Below the pieces are notes generated by a model. That model saw only the letters and a list, made by a program, of their open reading frames with translations. It was not told where the DNA came from and made no database searches. This document shows positions 49,701 to 58,302 of a DNA stretch of 64,000 nucleotides, in pieces (the stretch's first letter is position 1; every line of letters begins with the position of its first letter). The translations under genes and the position numbers were made by a program. The stretch lies in IMG/VR virus record IMGVR_UViG_3300005973_000002. One strand, written 5' to 3'. This stretch comes from a virus. Taxonomy: Duplodnaviria; Caudoviricetes.

Positions 49701-50170
49701 ATATCTTTGACAGTTATAAATGTACCAGGATCATCAGGTTCCCCATTTGAGCCCGAAAAGAACAAATAACCAACATTTTTAGGAAAGTTGTCGTATGCCC
49801 ATTTCTCAAATCCAGTTAGGCTGGCAAAGAAGTTTTCAAATTCTTCTTTAGTTCCATCAAAAGGAAACTCGTTGAAAACTTTCTCAAATGCTACATTAGT
49901 TTTAACCTGAGCAGAATTAAAAAAAGTATGATTAACAAAGTTAGACCAATCAACATTTAGCTGTTGTGTATTGCGTAAACCAGTACCTTCAATTGTGTAT
50001 TTGAAACTTGATGTGTTATTGACACTGCTATCACTTAACTCATTACTACTTCTGCTGAAATTTACCGAATTGTTAGAAGGCCCATTCCTAAGTCCACGTA
50101 CAACTGTAGGCGTAAACAGACCTGGCCTGTTCAAATTTAAGTTTCGGGTATTGTTTCTCTGGTCTATCAT
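46703..50170 (-). CDS. Baseplate wedge protein (gp7 / P2 gpI-like) with LamG (ConA-like) domain
   Basis: LamG motifs MTLEMWI, KWNHVAWVW, FSGAIDELRIW. gpI-like LLSLARNQG...RSKGTLHSIKSFIRSVG. Confidence 0.7.
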   Translation of the reverse strand: MIDQRNNTRNLNLNRPGLFTPTVVRGLRNGPSNNSVNFSRSSNELSDSSVNNTSSFKYTIEGTGLRNTQQLNVDWSNFVNHTFFNSAQVKTNVAFEKVFNEFPFDGTKEEFENFFASLTGFEKWAYDNFPKNVGYLFFSGSNGEPDDPGTFITVKDIAGAAFPTVSTNRTGQTLINPDIDPMTLEMWIYLPGQENSASAIIDKHVNPNASLSQQGFYVSLSGSASTTTGSLSFHVLSGTNADQVTLEVEKGKWNHVAWVWNRNQSVNKIFGFVNQRFFASSSQAIEFGPIASQTADMLIGSGSAITSSFGPSVLFTPETTFSGAIDELRIWHSVRTENERNLFKEKAVFASDDLVLYFKFNEPSGSNSPIVLDHSSNSLHGRLNTNSLVLGVREVPTSSIAGPSPVIYEKIADSPILFPSQENLAAFRDRLLLSASLYDNDNPNLITKLIPVHYFLEGQSEEGLETETGAIVDALQSGDDPRSVRLGATQTLLLLLYTWAKFFDEMKLYIQTLSTLNHVDYDNTDTVPDQFLLSLARNQGIELPPLFDGSSLEQFIEAENIQSDISTNDLSLLEIRNQIWRRILINLQDVIRSKGTLHSIKSFIRSVGIDPDNNFRIREYGGPSRLPLTFARDKRNEFSTMLDFVSGGFVTSPFLTASSRTEPGFPEPGSSTPTFDDRLLTSGSWTYEGTYRMPVRDFGFTSQSLIRIHTSGTLSPAESVITNLVTVRGGHTTLYVRQNTSASVDPLALSITGADIFDGRQWYVSFGRNRNDQVGSVVSSSYFLRVARQGFGEILESYVTSAYYNDYNGDTSTSLWQNTTGSVNISGSFLVWGSQSLGNFSDTFLNSTDLDSTGVGSTAKVTNFVGKVSQVRFWSRGLRDNEWKEHVRNYRSVGVDDPKTNFNFNTTNTGSWERLRLDVSTDQIVTQSDSAGRIYFTDFTQNDFTLTGSGFPANSSVIVPERFFFSYLSPKFDQAATTEKVRVRSFQNFDLVQETPWAEVAPVYETPPSETPTDNNRFTIDYSVVDALDQDIVTIFASLDELNDAIGSPELLFSPDYPDLESLREVYFNKLVNKMNLKLFFEFYKWFDTNIGTFVEQLVPRKTRFLGTNFVVESHMLERGKVEYQFSDIYLGDNTRHALKDTILLRLITGEFAKY

Positions 50171-51741
50171 TATGGAATAACTTTAAATTTAAATCCCCTG
50201 TCGGTAATGGAAAGGTCACGTCCGATATCCGTCACGCACAATAACTCAAATTCATAAACTTCATTAACCGGCAGGTCTTTAAAGTAAAAGTCAAAATACA
50301 TACCATCCTTGTCAGTTGACATTCTAGTTGACGGACTCCAGGGAATAACAACTTCTTTTGTAAAGGCTTTGACTACTCGCCACCTCATATCAGGAACAAC
50401 AACAGAATCTAATTCAAGAGGAACTTTGAACCCTGGCAATTCTTGGTTGTAATCAGCAGCAAATACTCTGATTCTATCAATTTCTTGAGAATTATATTGG
50501 TCTTTCAGGTTTGTCATATTAACAACCAAATTTATATCCATAGCATTTTGTTGTTGGCCCTGAATTCTATTAAACGTTACACCATTTTTGGCGTATTGAA
50601 CAGTTTGGTCCAAACTTCTCCAAAGAACATCAAAATAAACTTGATTTGAGTTAGAAACAAAAGAACGAAGACCTTGGTCTTCAACAAGAGAAAGATGAAA
50701 TGGAGCAAAGTATATGCCGGTTTGCGGCAAACTACCAAAACTGAACTGGCTGCCTGAAAATGAACGTGACACATAAACCAGGCTTCTTGTAAGATAGTTG
50801 ATGCTCGCACTATGCGATGGACTCCAACTTGAAGTTGTAAACTTTACACTCTTGGAAGCAATTAGAGTCATTAATAAACTGTCTGATCCAGTTATAGCAA
50901 CGCTGCCAGAAAAAAAGTTTCGGTTTTGCCCACGAACAGGGTTATAAACATACAAACTTGATGAAACATCAAAAAATGGCCGTCCTCCTGGGTCGTTGAT
51001 ATAATCACTATATTCCACAACCAGTTCTGGTTTGAGGTTCTTATTAAATGCATGACGACTGCCAAAACGTTTAACAAACCTTGTTTTGGTGTCCTCTTCC
51101 TCTGGTGCCGTAAACGAAAGTCTAAATCCATTATTTGGTATAATGCCAGCAAGGCTTGCAGAAACAAGATGTGTCACATCAACTCTTAGGTTCTCGTCAC
51201 CTCGATTAAATTTCTGCGAAGAACCAAGGTATTGTAAGCCTGAGCCGATGTTCCCAGAGACAATAACATCAACATCTTCTCCAAGAGAACCGGTAGCTCC
51301 TGCACCAGGCTGACTCCAAGTTACAACTGGAGAAAGAGAAGCAGTGATCCAATTGGCAGCATCCAAATCTCTAAATGCTACAACGTCAATGCCCCGACCT
51401 TCATCAAAAGATTTTGATAATGGCAGTAACTCAACAGTGAAATTTGATGGTGTAGTTTGCCCACCATATACATCTTTTAAGACAACAGTTGCTCCGAAAC
51501 TTGCACTCGCAAAATCCAGAATACTACCTGTTAGTGCTCGAAGCTCAGAGTAGTCAAATTCAACCAGCAACCTTGTTAGTTCGGTAATCGAACCAGTAAC
51601 GTTAGCAATAGTGGTTTCATTATAAAGCTTAAAAAGATCAAGCGTGCCTGCTTGCCCAACATTTGAACCAGTTGTTCGACTGCCCGCAATGAATTTGTTT
51701 GTGATATAGGTATCTTTTGATGCTGAAAGTATTCTATACAT
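50170..51741 (-). CDS. Putative baseplate / virion structural protein
   Basis: 523 aa between the gp6-like and wedge genes. N-terminal ASKDTYI; C-terminal DGMYFDFY. Confidence 0.6.
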   Translation of the reverse strand: MYRILSASKDTYITNKFIAGSRTTGSNVGQAGTLDLFKLYNETTIANVTGSITELTRLLVEFDYSELRALTGSILDFASASFGATVVLKDVYGGQTTPSNFTVELLPLSKSFDEGRGIDVVAFRDLDAANWITASLSPVVTWSQPGAGATGSLGEDVDVIVSGNIGSGLQYLGSSQKFNRGDENLRVDVTHLVSASLAGIIPNNGFRLSFTAPEEEDTKTRFVKRFGSRHAFNKNLKPELVVEYSDYINDPGGRPFFDVSSSLYVYNPVRGQNRNFFSGSVAITGSDSLLMTLIASKSVKFTTSSWSPSHSASINYLTRSLVYVSRSFSGSQFSFGSLPQTGIYFAPFHLSLVEDQGLRSFVSNSNQVYFDVLWRSLDQTVQYAKNGVTFNRIQGQQQNAMDINLVVNMTNLKDQYNSQEIDRIRVFAADYNQELPGFKVPLELDSVVVPDMRWRVVKAFTKEVVIPWSPSTRMSTDKDGMYFDFYFKDLPVNEVYEFELLCVTDIGRDLSITDRGFKFKVIP

Positions 51742-52449
51742 TAGTTCATATCCTTGAGATAGACCCAGTGAAAACCACCTGCTGTTTTTCTCTTACCTTG
51801 ACAAGTATAAGTAATGTTTGAAGCAAATATTTGTGTTTCTTTTGAAGCTGCCAAAGCTGACGGATATGTCTTTATTATTTTTTTGTTTTCCCCAAGTTGA
51901 ACAACTGGAATTCCATTTGTCATTTTTTGTTTTTTCTAGCTAATTTTATTCTTTTGATTGTGTCTGTTTTATGTCCTCCATAACTTGGATTATTAGTACC
52001 AGACATAAGTTTTGACAATTTTTTCTTCCGGTTTGGATTTTTATCCCAATATTGCTGCAGCGACTTTTTTACCTTGGCTTTTGTTTTTTGAGGATTTTTT
52101 GACCAACAACTTCGTTCCTTTTGCGAAGTTTTTTCTTGAAATTGAAAGTATTTTACCATTTATCTTCTTTGATAAGATTGACAATATATTTTTGTTCAGT
52201 CTTAAGCCGTTCCCCTTTATCACCATCAACAACTTCCAATATTTCAAACAGAAAATTATCTGATCCCCACTTTTTCCAACTAGCTAACAAATGTTTGTTA
52301 GCATGTTTTTCTACATTTAATCTGCTTTGATGTTGCGTTGCTCATTTTTTAAAGCATTTAGCACTTCCAATATAAATTTTCCCATTTTTCAAATTTCGAT
52401 TTTGGTAAACTCCACCTTTGTTTGATTTCCCTCTAAATTCTTTCTTCAT
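51741..52449 (-). pseudogene. Degraded GIY-YIG homing endonuclease
   Basis: MKKEFRGKSNKGGVYQ...IYIGSAKCFKK*ATQH...W*NTFNF. Two nonsense codons plus frameshifts near 52130 and 51921. NUMOD1 at 51741-51923. Confidence 0.88.
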
Positions 52450-52504
52450 GATTTATCTCCGTTGTTGCAGAGATAAGCATGTCTGAGGTCTCCAGTGTCC
52501 CTGT

Positions 52505-54355
52505 CTATACCACCGTTCCAACAATATCAAAATTTTTGTAACGAAGTTCAAAAATTGAACCAGGTGGTCCAATGATGATTCCTCTGTCTGTGTTGGCACT
52601 TACATCAAATTGCACATCAGAATATTCTCTTGGGTTTGAATCTCCGACAGTGCCTGTAATATTTTTAATGTCAATGGAATTGACTGTCAAAACTCCTAAA
52701 TTGTTGAAAATAATGTTTTGAACTTCGGCAGTTACTATTGGTTGATCAATTTCAAAGTTCTTGATGTTGAAAAATTCTTTCAATTTGTTAATAACATTTT
52801 GAAGAACCTGGCTTGAATTGAACGACGGATTTACAACAATAGAAAACTCAATTTGAAAATTAATTACCTGTGCATCAAGAATGTCAATAGCGTCTGATAC
52901 AAGACGATATTCATTTAAGAATCTTTGTAGATTTAGCTTCAAGCTATCGGGAGAAGCAATCAATCGACTATTGGCATCTCTTGAGATAATAAACAACCGT
53001 GTCGCAAGTGGGTTATTTGGATCAGGTTGAATTGAAGCTCTGAATACACGACCAAAATTACTTGGCATGGTGTAAACACGTGCTAACAAATCTTCTTTTG
53101 TTACGATGCGACCCTGTGACGCCTTCACTGCGGGCACTCTTAATTTCAGTTCATCGATTGTAGGAGCATCCTCCCCGCCAGATGCGGGCGAAGAATTTTG
53201 AGCATCAATACTCTGTCTGACAAATTGTGAAACGCTTGGTGGTGGATTTTCTGGGAAACTTATTACGATTGAATTAAAGCCTCTAATTTGCCTTTCCCCA
53301 ATGTTGTGCGACAAACCTCCACCATAGCGATACTCGATTGTTAATGTTGTATTTGGAGCAATTACGCCAAGCGTGGTGGTTTTTAGCAAATTGCCTGGGT
53401 TGATTGTGAATCTTGAAAACGTTTTCTTTCCATAAAGTGGAACTGCAAATTCTGACGGATCTGGAATGATGTCATCATCGGTTGTTTGAGCGTTACCACC
53501 TCCAAATGTAAGTGTTGTTAATCTTGATTCCAAAGCAGTAGTCGTAGTAAAGCGATATGGAGCGGGAATCGGAACAAGATTTTCCGCAACTATGTCAGAA
53601 TCATCTGAACCGTTCTCAATCGCTCGAAAAACAGTATCTTGTGTAAGATGTTCTACTTCGTAATATTGGTTACCCAATGAATCACGAACCGAAATAATCT
53701 CGGTAACGTTTTCTTGCGTAAGAACAAAACGACGAAACGGAGTAAATGCCCCCACAGAGAAAGAATCCACTTGTCGAAATCCTGAAATGCAAACACCAGC
53801 AAGAGAAAGAATAAAGGTGGTAGGATTATTGTTTGAATCTCTGTTGCCGACTCTGACGGTTGCAACAAGATTGTTTGAGTTGTCTCTCTCTCTGAAATCC
53901 AAATCTTCAGTTAGTTCAAACTGTGTGCCATTTTGAGCACGAACAACAGTTCCCTGATGAATGATTGGCAAAGACTCAGGATCAGGAACAGCCGGTATTC
54001 CTGATGCGGGTACTTCTACTAAAAAATTTACAGTCACTACAGCTGGAGAAGCTCCTACAATAGGAACACCAGCATTTCTGATTATCTTTTCTATGTTAAC
54101 GTTTTCTACTGCCGTATCAATTGAAAGCTCATGAAACTGGTGATCCAAATAGAACGATTGAACATCACCTGTATATGCAGCAAAGTCAAGGAGCAAACCT
54201 CCCAGGCTTGCTTCTGAGAAATCTCTAATGACATCAGGGAAGTGTGTACGTGCGTAATTAAGCAAATCAGCTTTTAGAGAATTAAAATCTTTGTTAAGAT
54301 AGCGACGCTCCCTTACCTGCTTTAATATTTTATCTTTACTATTAACTGGTGTCAC
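52505..54355 (-). CDS. Baseplate wedge protein (T4 gp6 / P2 gpJ-like)
   Basis: YLNKDFNSLK...DFSEASLGGLLLDFAAYTGD...FYLD, YRYGGG, GGED and RIVTKEDL. Confidence 0.88.
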   Translation of the reverse strand: MTPVNSKDKILKQVRERRYLNKDFNSLKADLLNYARTHFPDVIRDFSEASLGGLLLDFAAYTGDVQSFYLDHQFHELSIDTAVENVNIEKIIRNAGVPIVGASPAVVTVNFLVEVPASGIPAVPDPESLPIIHQGTVVRAQNGTQFELTEDLDFRERDNSNNLVATVRVGNRDSNNNPTTFILSLAGVCISGFRQVDSFSVGAFTPFRRFVLTQENVTEIISVRDSLGNQYYEVEHLTQDTVFRAIENGSDDSDIVAENLVPIPAPYRFTTTTALESRLTTLTFGGGNAQTTDDDIIPDPSEFAVPLYGKKTFSRFTINPGNLLKTTTLGVIAPNTTLTIEYRYGGGLSHNIGERQIRGFNSIVISFPENPPPSVSQFVRQSIDAQNSSPASGGEDAPTIDELKLRVPAVKASQGRIVTKEDLLARVYTMPSNFGRVFRASIQPDPNNPLATRLFIISRDANSRLIASPDSLKLNLQRFLNEYRLVSDAIDILDAQVINFQIEFSIVVNPSFNSSQVLQNVINKLKEFFNIKNFEIDQPIVTAEVQNIIFNNLGVLTVNSIDIKNITGTVGDSNPREYSDVQFDVSANTDRGIIIGPPGSIFELRYKNFDIVGTVV

Positions 54356-54365
54356 TTGTTTCTCC

Positions 54366-54839
54366 TTAGATGATGAACAGTTCTAGCTCCAGCGCTTCTT
54401 CTATGATGTTTAGTTGCGTCACTGAGTAAATAAGGAAAATTCTAATTTTTCCTGTAAATTGATTATCGTCAAAATCTGCCCTTGAATCAAAAGCAACTGG
54501 TTGGACAAATGGCATCCATCTTGTAATTGCCGTGTTAATTCGAACCATCGCCTCTGTGTCGAAATCATCTTTGTTTGAATATTCTGTTAATAATGGTCGA
54601 AGGTTTGCTCCAAATTGTGTTAAGGCAATTCTCTCACCCCAATTTGTTAAAAGAAGATTTCTAAGGTTGTCTTTAATCTGATCCCTTAGTTCGGTATTCA
54701 TTTCGAATAAGGTTTTGCCACCGACCAACTGAAGCGGGGTCTTAATTCCAATTGGTATAGTGGAACGATTTCTTGTGAGAACGTTCGTTCTTTGTTGCTG
54801 GGCAATAACACCCACTCCTTTGAAACTTCGTCTTGCCAT
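54366..54839 (-). CDS. Baseplate wedge gp25-like (GPW/gp25) protein
   Basis: QIKDNLRNLLLTNWGERI...FGANL...I..AITRWMPFV. Confidence 0.88.
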   Translation of the reverse strand: MARRSFKGVGVIAQQQRTNVLTRNRSTIPIGIKTPLQLVGGKTLFEMNTELRDQIKDNLRNLLLTNWGERIALTQFGANLRPLLTEYSNKDDFDTEAMVRINTAITRWMPFVQPVAFDSRADFDDNQFTGKIRIFLIYSVTQLNIIEEALELELFII

Positions 54840-54864
54840 TTTGAATAAGTATTGCTAAGTAAAA

Positions 54865-55176
54865 TTACGACGTTGATGTTCCTGTCGGTCCTGCGGAACC
54901 AAATGCCTGCAATCTTGATTCCAAGTTTTCAACCCGGCCTTGTAAATCTTCTATTTGCTGCAACAGCGCTCTAATAACAGTGTTTACAATAGCACGTGAT
55001 CTTAATTCGGCTTCGATGCCGACGGCTGCTTCGGTCAACACCTCAGGGTTAATTCTTTGAATTCCACCCCGTCGAGCAATTTCTTCTTGAATTCTTTGTG
55101 TAATTTGCTCTGTTGAATTTTCCCACTGCTGATCAAGCTCTTGAATGAGTCCATTTAATTTGTCTCTACTAACCAT
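54865..55176 (-). CDS. Hypothetical coiled-coil protein
   Basis: 103 aa with heptad pattern LLQQIEDLQGRVENLESRL and AGGA SD. Confidence 0.65.
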   Translation of the reverse strand: MVSRDKLNGLIQELDQQWENSTEQITQRIQEEIARRGGIQRINPEVLTEAAVGIEAELRSRAIVNTVIRALLQQIEDLQGRVENLESRLQAFGSAGPTGTSTS

Positions 55177-55335
55177 ATTGTTTTCCTATGTAATGTTATC
55201 ATCAGTATTGAAATAAAACATGCCTTATCTACAAATTGTCTTTTTACATTGACTCTATGAATTTCTAGTGTCCAAATCTTTGTTTAGGCATGTTGTCATT
55301 CTCTGCAAATACAAACGAGGGTCATGTTTTATCAA

Positions 55336-57123
55336 CTATTCCCCAAATATTTTTTCTGACTTGGCTGCCTCTACAAAATCATTAGTGTCTGATGTGCCTT
55401 GCTCAACTGCTTGTGTGGCCTGTTGTTCCAATCTGGTAATCTGAGCCCTGAGAGGGCTAATTGATGTATTGGATATAGTAGTTGCAGAACCAATTGCCTG
55501 TAATGACGCAATCGGAGAGTACGGTATAGCAGTTGCTGAAGCAAATGCTATTTCTACACTTTGAACAACATTTGAAAGTGTTGACAGAAATTCATTATGT
55601 TGCAGCTGAAGCTTGTCTCTGAGTTCTTCAATTTCATCTTGTAATCGATCTACTGTATCTCTAAATTTAGACCAACGAATGTACGGTTCTCCACCTGGCG
55701 TAGGGTCTGAACCAGCACCGGCTAAATCGGCCAATCCACGACCCAATATAATTTTGGGACCATCAACATGAACACCATCTTTTGAAATGAAGAGATGGCA
55801 CAAATCTGTTTCTGATTCGCCTTCACGAACAATTAAGACAGTGCCCTCAATTCCATTATCTTCATCTTTTCTGGCTATCAATCTAATATGATCAGCCTTG
55901 TTTATAATGTAACTTTTATTTGCAGTTTGCTGAGCATCTTCGCTTGGTTGGATAATCTCATTCTTGCTATCCCCTGCTGGAAGGGAATTTTCCGTATATT
56001 CGATTTGGGTGAGGCCAAAATTGACATCGGCATTAGATTGCATTGTCACATATATTCTTGCTGCATCACGCATGTAATCTGGATCACCTTCAATCGGGTT
56101 ATCGCTTAATCGAGATACCCCACCCTGATTAAGGTACGGCGTTTTATAGGTTTCTCTCGTGCCTCTTTCGTTTTGATTTACGAATGGTGCAGTGTTCCCA
56201 TCAAAAACTTCATTAGGGTCCTGAGTGTCTTCAGGCAAGTAACGCCCTCGACCAGTGACAATGTCAATTGTTCCAGCTTGACCCTTGGCATCAGGCTCAT
56301 TGTCCAACAAAGCTCCAAGCGGCCCTCCTCTTCTATCTTCTCCAAGACAAATAAGTGTGTTATTTGAGCCTTGCAGCACAAACTCTTGAGGCCGCTTTCG
56401 CCAACGTGGAACTGGTTCTGGCGTTACAACCCTGCCGTTATCAGGGAACGAGAAATCTCTGATGCCGTCGATAGCATTTGAATATGCAGTGGCTTGCTGA
56501 ATTATTATTTCAAATGGACGTTCTTGAGCTGAGCCAGATGGTGGGATGGTAAATGTATCTTGCGTATTTCCTCCATTGGGAAATCCAGGTAAAGGCTGAT
56601 CTGAACGACGTCGGTCTCTTTGGTCTGTAGTAAAATTTCTAGGATTGTTGAACGGCTGATACCGACGATCATGGTGAGTGTAATTTACATCCTCAACTGT
56701 TCTCTCCATGCTTGCCCTTGTCAACCAATAACCAACCTGTTGACCGCCACCAGCAAAATCATTATAGACTACCTGCACTGTTTCCCCTGGTTGAACAGGC
56801 AGCATGAAATGAGAAGAGAAAAAGGGAAATAAAATTGTGTTTGTTCGTGGGATTGTACCTTGTGAATCGCTCGACAATTTTGCAATTATTGCATTTACCG
56901 GCATAACGTCGGCAAATCTTGGATTGTTAACCGTTCTTCTTATTCTGGTTAATTGATCATCCGAGAGCAAATTTGGGTCCATGATTACGTCAATCACAAC
57001 TGCTCTTTGCATTGTCGGGGTTTGCCCGAACTTTCTTGAACGAGCAATGTCCTCGCCTATCTGGTTGCTGGTTCCAGCACCAGTTAGCCGTCTCGATATT
57101 AAGCCGCCACCTGTTCTAGTCAT
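55336..57123 (-). CDS. Baseplate central spike-like protein (gp5 / gpV N-terminal OB-fold type)
   Basis: AVVIDV, PFF...LPVQPGETVQVV...YWL, PQEFVLQGSNNTLICLG and ADHIRLIAR. Lies upstream of gp25. Confidence 0.6.
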   Translation of the reverse strand: MTRTGGGLISRRLTGAGTSNQIGEDIARSRKFGQTPTMQRAVVIDVIMDPNLLSDDQLTRIRRTVNNPRFADVMPVNAIIAKLSSDSQGTIPRTNTILFPFFSSHFMLPVQPGETVQVVYNDFAGGGQQVGYWLTRASMERTVEDVNYTHHDRRYQPFNNPRNFTTDQRDRRRSDQPLPGFPNGGNTQDTFTIPPSGSAQERPFEIIIQQATAYSNAIDGIRDFSFPDNGRVVTPEPVPRWRKRPQEFVLQGSNNTLICLGEDRRGGPLGALLDNEPDAKGQAGTIDIVTGRGRYLPEDTQDPNEVFDGNTAPFVNQNERGTRETYKTPYLNQGGVSRLSDNPIEGDPDYMRDAARIYVTMQSNADVNFGLTQIEYTENSLPAGDSKNEIIQPSEDAQQTANKSYIINKADHIRLIARKDEDNGIEGTVLIVREGESETDLCHLFISKDGVHVDGPKIILGRGLADLAGAGSDPTPGGEPYIRWSKFRDTVDRLQDEIEELRDKLQLQHNEFLSTLSNVVQSVEIAFASATAIPYSPIASLQAIGSATTISNTSISPLRAQITRLEQQATQAVEQGTSDTNDFVEAAKSEKIFGE

Positions 57124-57162
57124 AACAGTATGTATATTTTACATAAGAATTCGAGATTTGGA

Positions 57163-57756
57163 CTATGAGAGAACTTCAAAAACTACGCTTTTAATCAAGT
57201 TCTTAATCTCATTAAGTTTTGCAGACAAGTTGTTGACGATTTCATCCTCATTCCAAAGTTCCCTAAGCCCATCTACATCTTTGGTTTCTAACCAAAGCTC
57301 ATGTGCAGCCAAGTATTTTTTATTGTCTTGTCCAGGAACCCAAGGTTTGAAGTCTTCGGGCATTCTTGTCCAATCGCCCCAATCGTTAAATGCGGGATGC
57401 AATGGGATTTCAAGCTTGCCGACCTCTTCATTGAATGGTATGGAATCGTTGAGCATTTTTTTAGCTACACTGGGTGTGATTACCTCCAATACTTTGACAG
57501 GTAATGAATTGACATGCCACATAACTTCCTCAGGAAAAGCATTGTCTGGTAATAACTTAGTTTCAAATACAACAACAGCACTTCTGGATTTGGCTCGGCC
57601 CAAATTTGACATTTGGACATTGGGTACAAAAGCACCACCTTCAATAACTGCAAACACGGCTCCTTTTGGCCCATAACTGCTTTGCCACAATTGACCAGAA
57701 CCAGAAATAGCCTTTGCCCCCTCTAAGTCTGTAAAATGTAGATACTTTCGCCCCAT
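57163..57756 (-). CDS. Hypothetical protein with possible ART-like N-terminus
   Basis: YLHFTDLEGAKAISGSGQL..S...AVFA resembles the ART H-x-T...I...G.L pattern. Confidence 0.4.
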   Translation of the reverse strand: MGRKYLHFTDLEGAKAISGSGQLWQSSYGPKGAVFAVIEGGAFVPNVQMSNLGRAKSRSAVVVFETKLLPDNAFPEEVMWHVNSLPVKVLEVITPSVAKKMLNDSIPFNEEVGKLEIPLHPAFNDWGDWTRMPEDFKPWVPGQDNKKYLAAHELWLETKDVDGLRELWNEDEIVNNLSAKLNEIKNLIKSVVFEVLS

Positions 57757-57781
57757 AACTGCCTTTATGTATTCTTTAGGA

Positions 57782-57787
57782 TAATTA
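57782..57787. promoter_or_regulatory. Palindromic TAATTA candidate late promoter serving divergent genes
   Basis: Lies between the starts at 57756(-) and 57793(+). Confidence 0.5.
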
Positions 57788-57792
57788 CTCTC

Positions 57793-58302
57793 ATGTCAAC
57801 AAATAAAAAAACAGATGAAGATTTGCTAGACGATTTTGAGTCTATGCTGTCAGATAAAATGGCAGAAGAAGACAAACCATATCAATATACGGAACAATCT
57901 TTTGACCCACAAGTGCCAGAAACAAGTTTTAAGCCAACACCAACTAAAGAACTTGATAAAAAAATCAACAAACAACTAAAAGACTTTAGTTCATTGCTTG
58001 ATTCTTTATCTTCACTTGAAGATAAAAAGAAGGCACTATGGAAACAGATTTATGAAAATTCTGTTACGGATCGCAAAAACGCATATATTTTGTTTGGTGA
58101 TCTCTATAAAGATGTTCACAACAATCCAAATGAGCATGCCATTCATGGCCCAACCTTAGCCAAGTATCTTGAACGAATGGAAAAATCAAATCAACAGCTT
58201 ATTAAACTTGCTGAAATGATTGATGATGTAGTTGAAGAAGAAGAAGATTTGCTTACTGATGAAGATTCTATTTACGACAGGATTCAAAAGGGACAAAGGT
58301 GA
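57793..58302 (+). CDS. Hypothetical helical protein
   Basis: 169 aa with acidic termini and a helical core. Confidence 0.75.
   Translation: MSTNKKTDEDLLDDFESMLSDKMAEEDKPYQYTEQSFDPQVPETSFKPTPTKELDKKINKQLKDFSSLLDSLSSLEDKKKALWKQIYENSVTDRKNAYILFGDLYKDVHNNPNEHAIHGPTLAKYLERMEKSNQQLIKLAEMIDDVVEEEEDLLTDEDSIYDRIQKGQR

Noticed and set aside
9777-57123. Bacterial eCIS/tailocin or T6SS locus
   Set aside because: A gp55-like sigma, homing endonucleases, an intein, a capsid fragment, an endolysin and the absence of housekeeping genes indicate a phage genome.
57793-58302. Terminase small subunit
   Set aside because: Only generic helical character; no diagnostic motif and no adjacent large terminase in the window.
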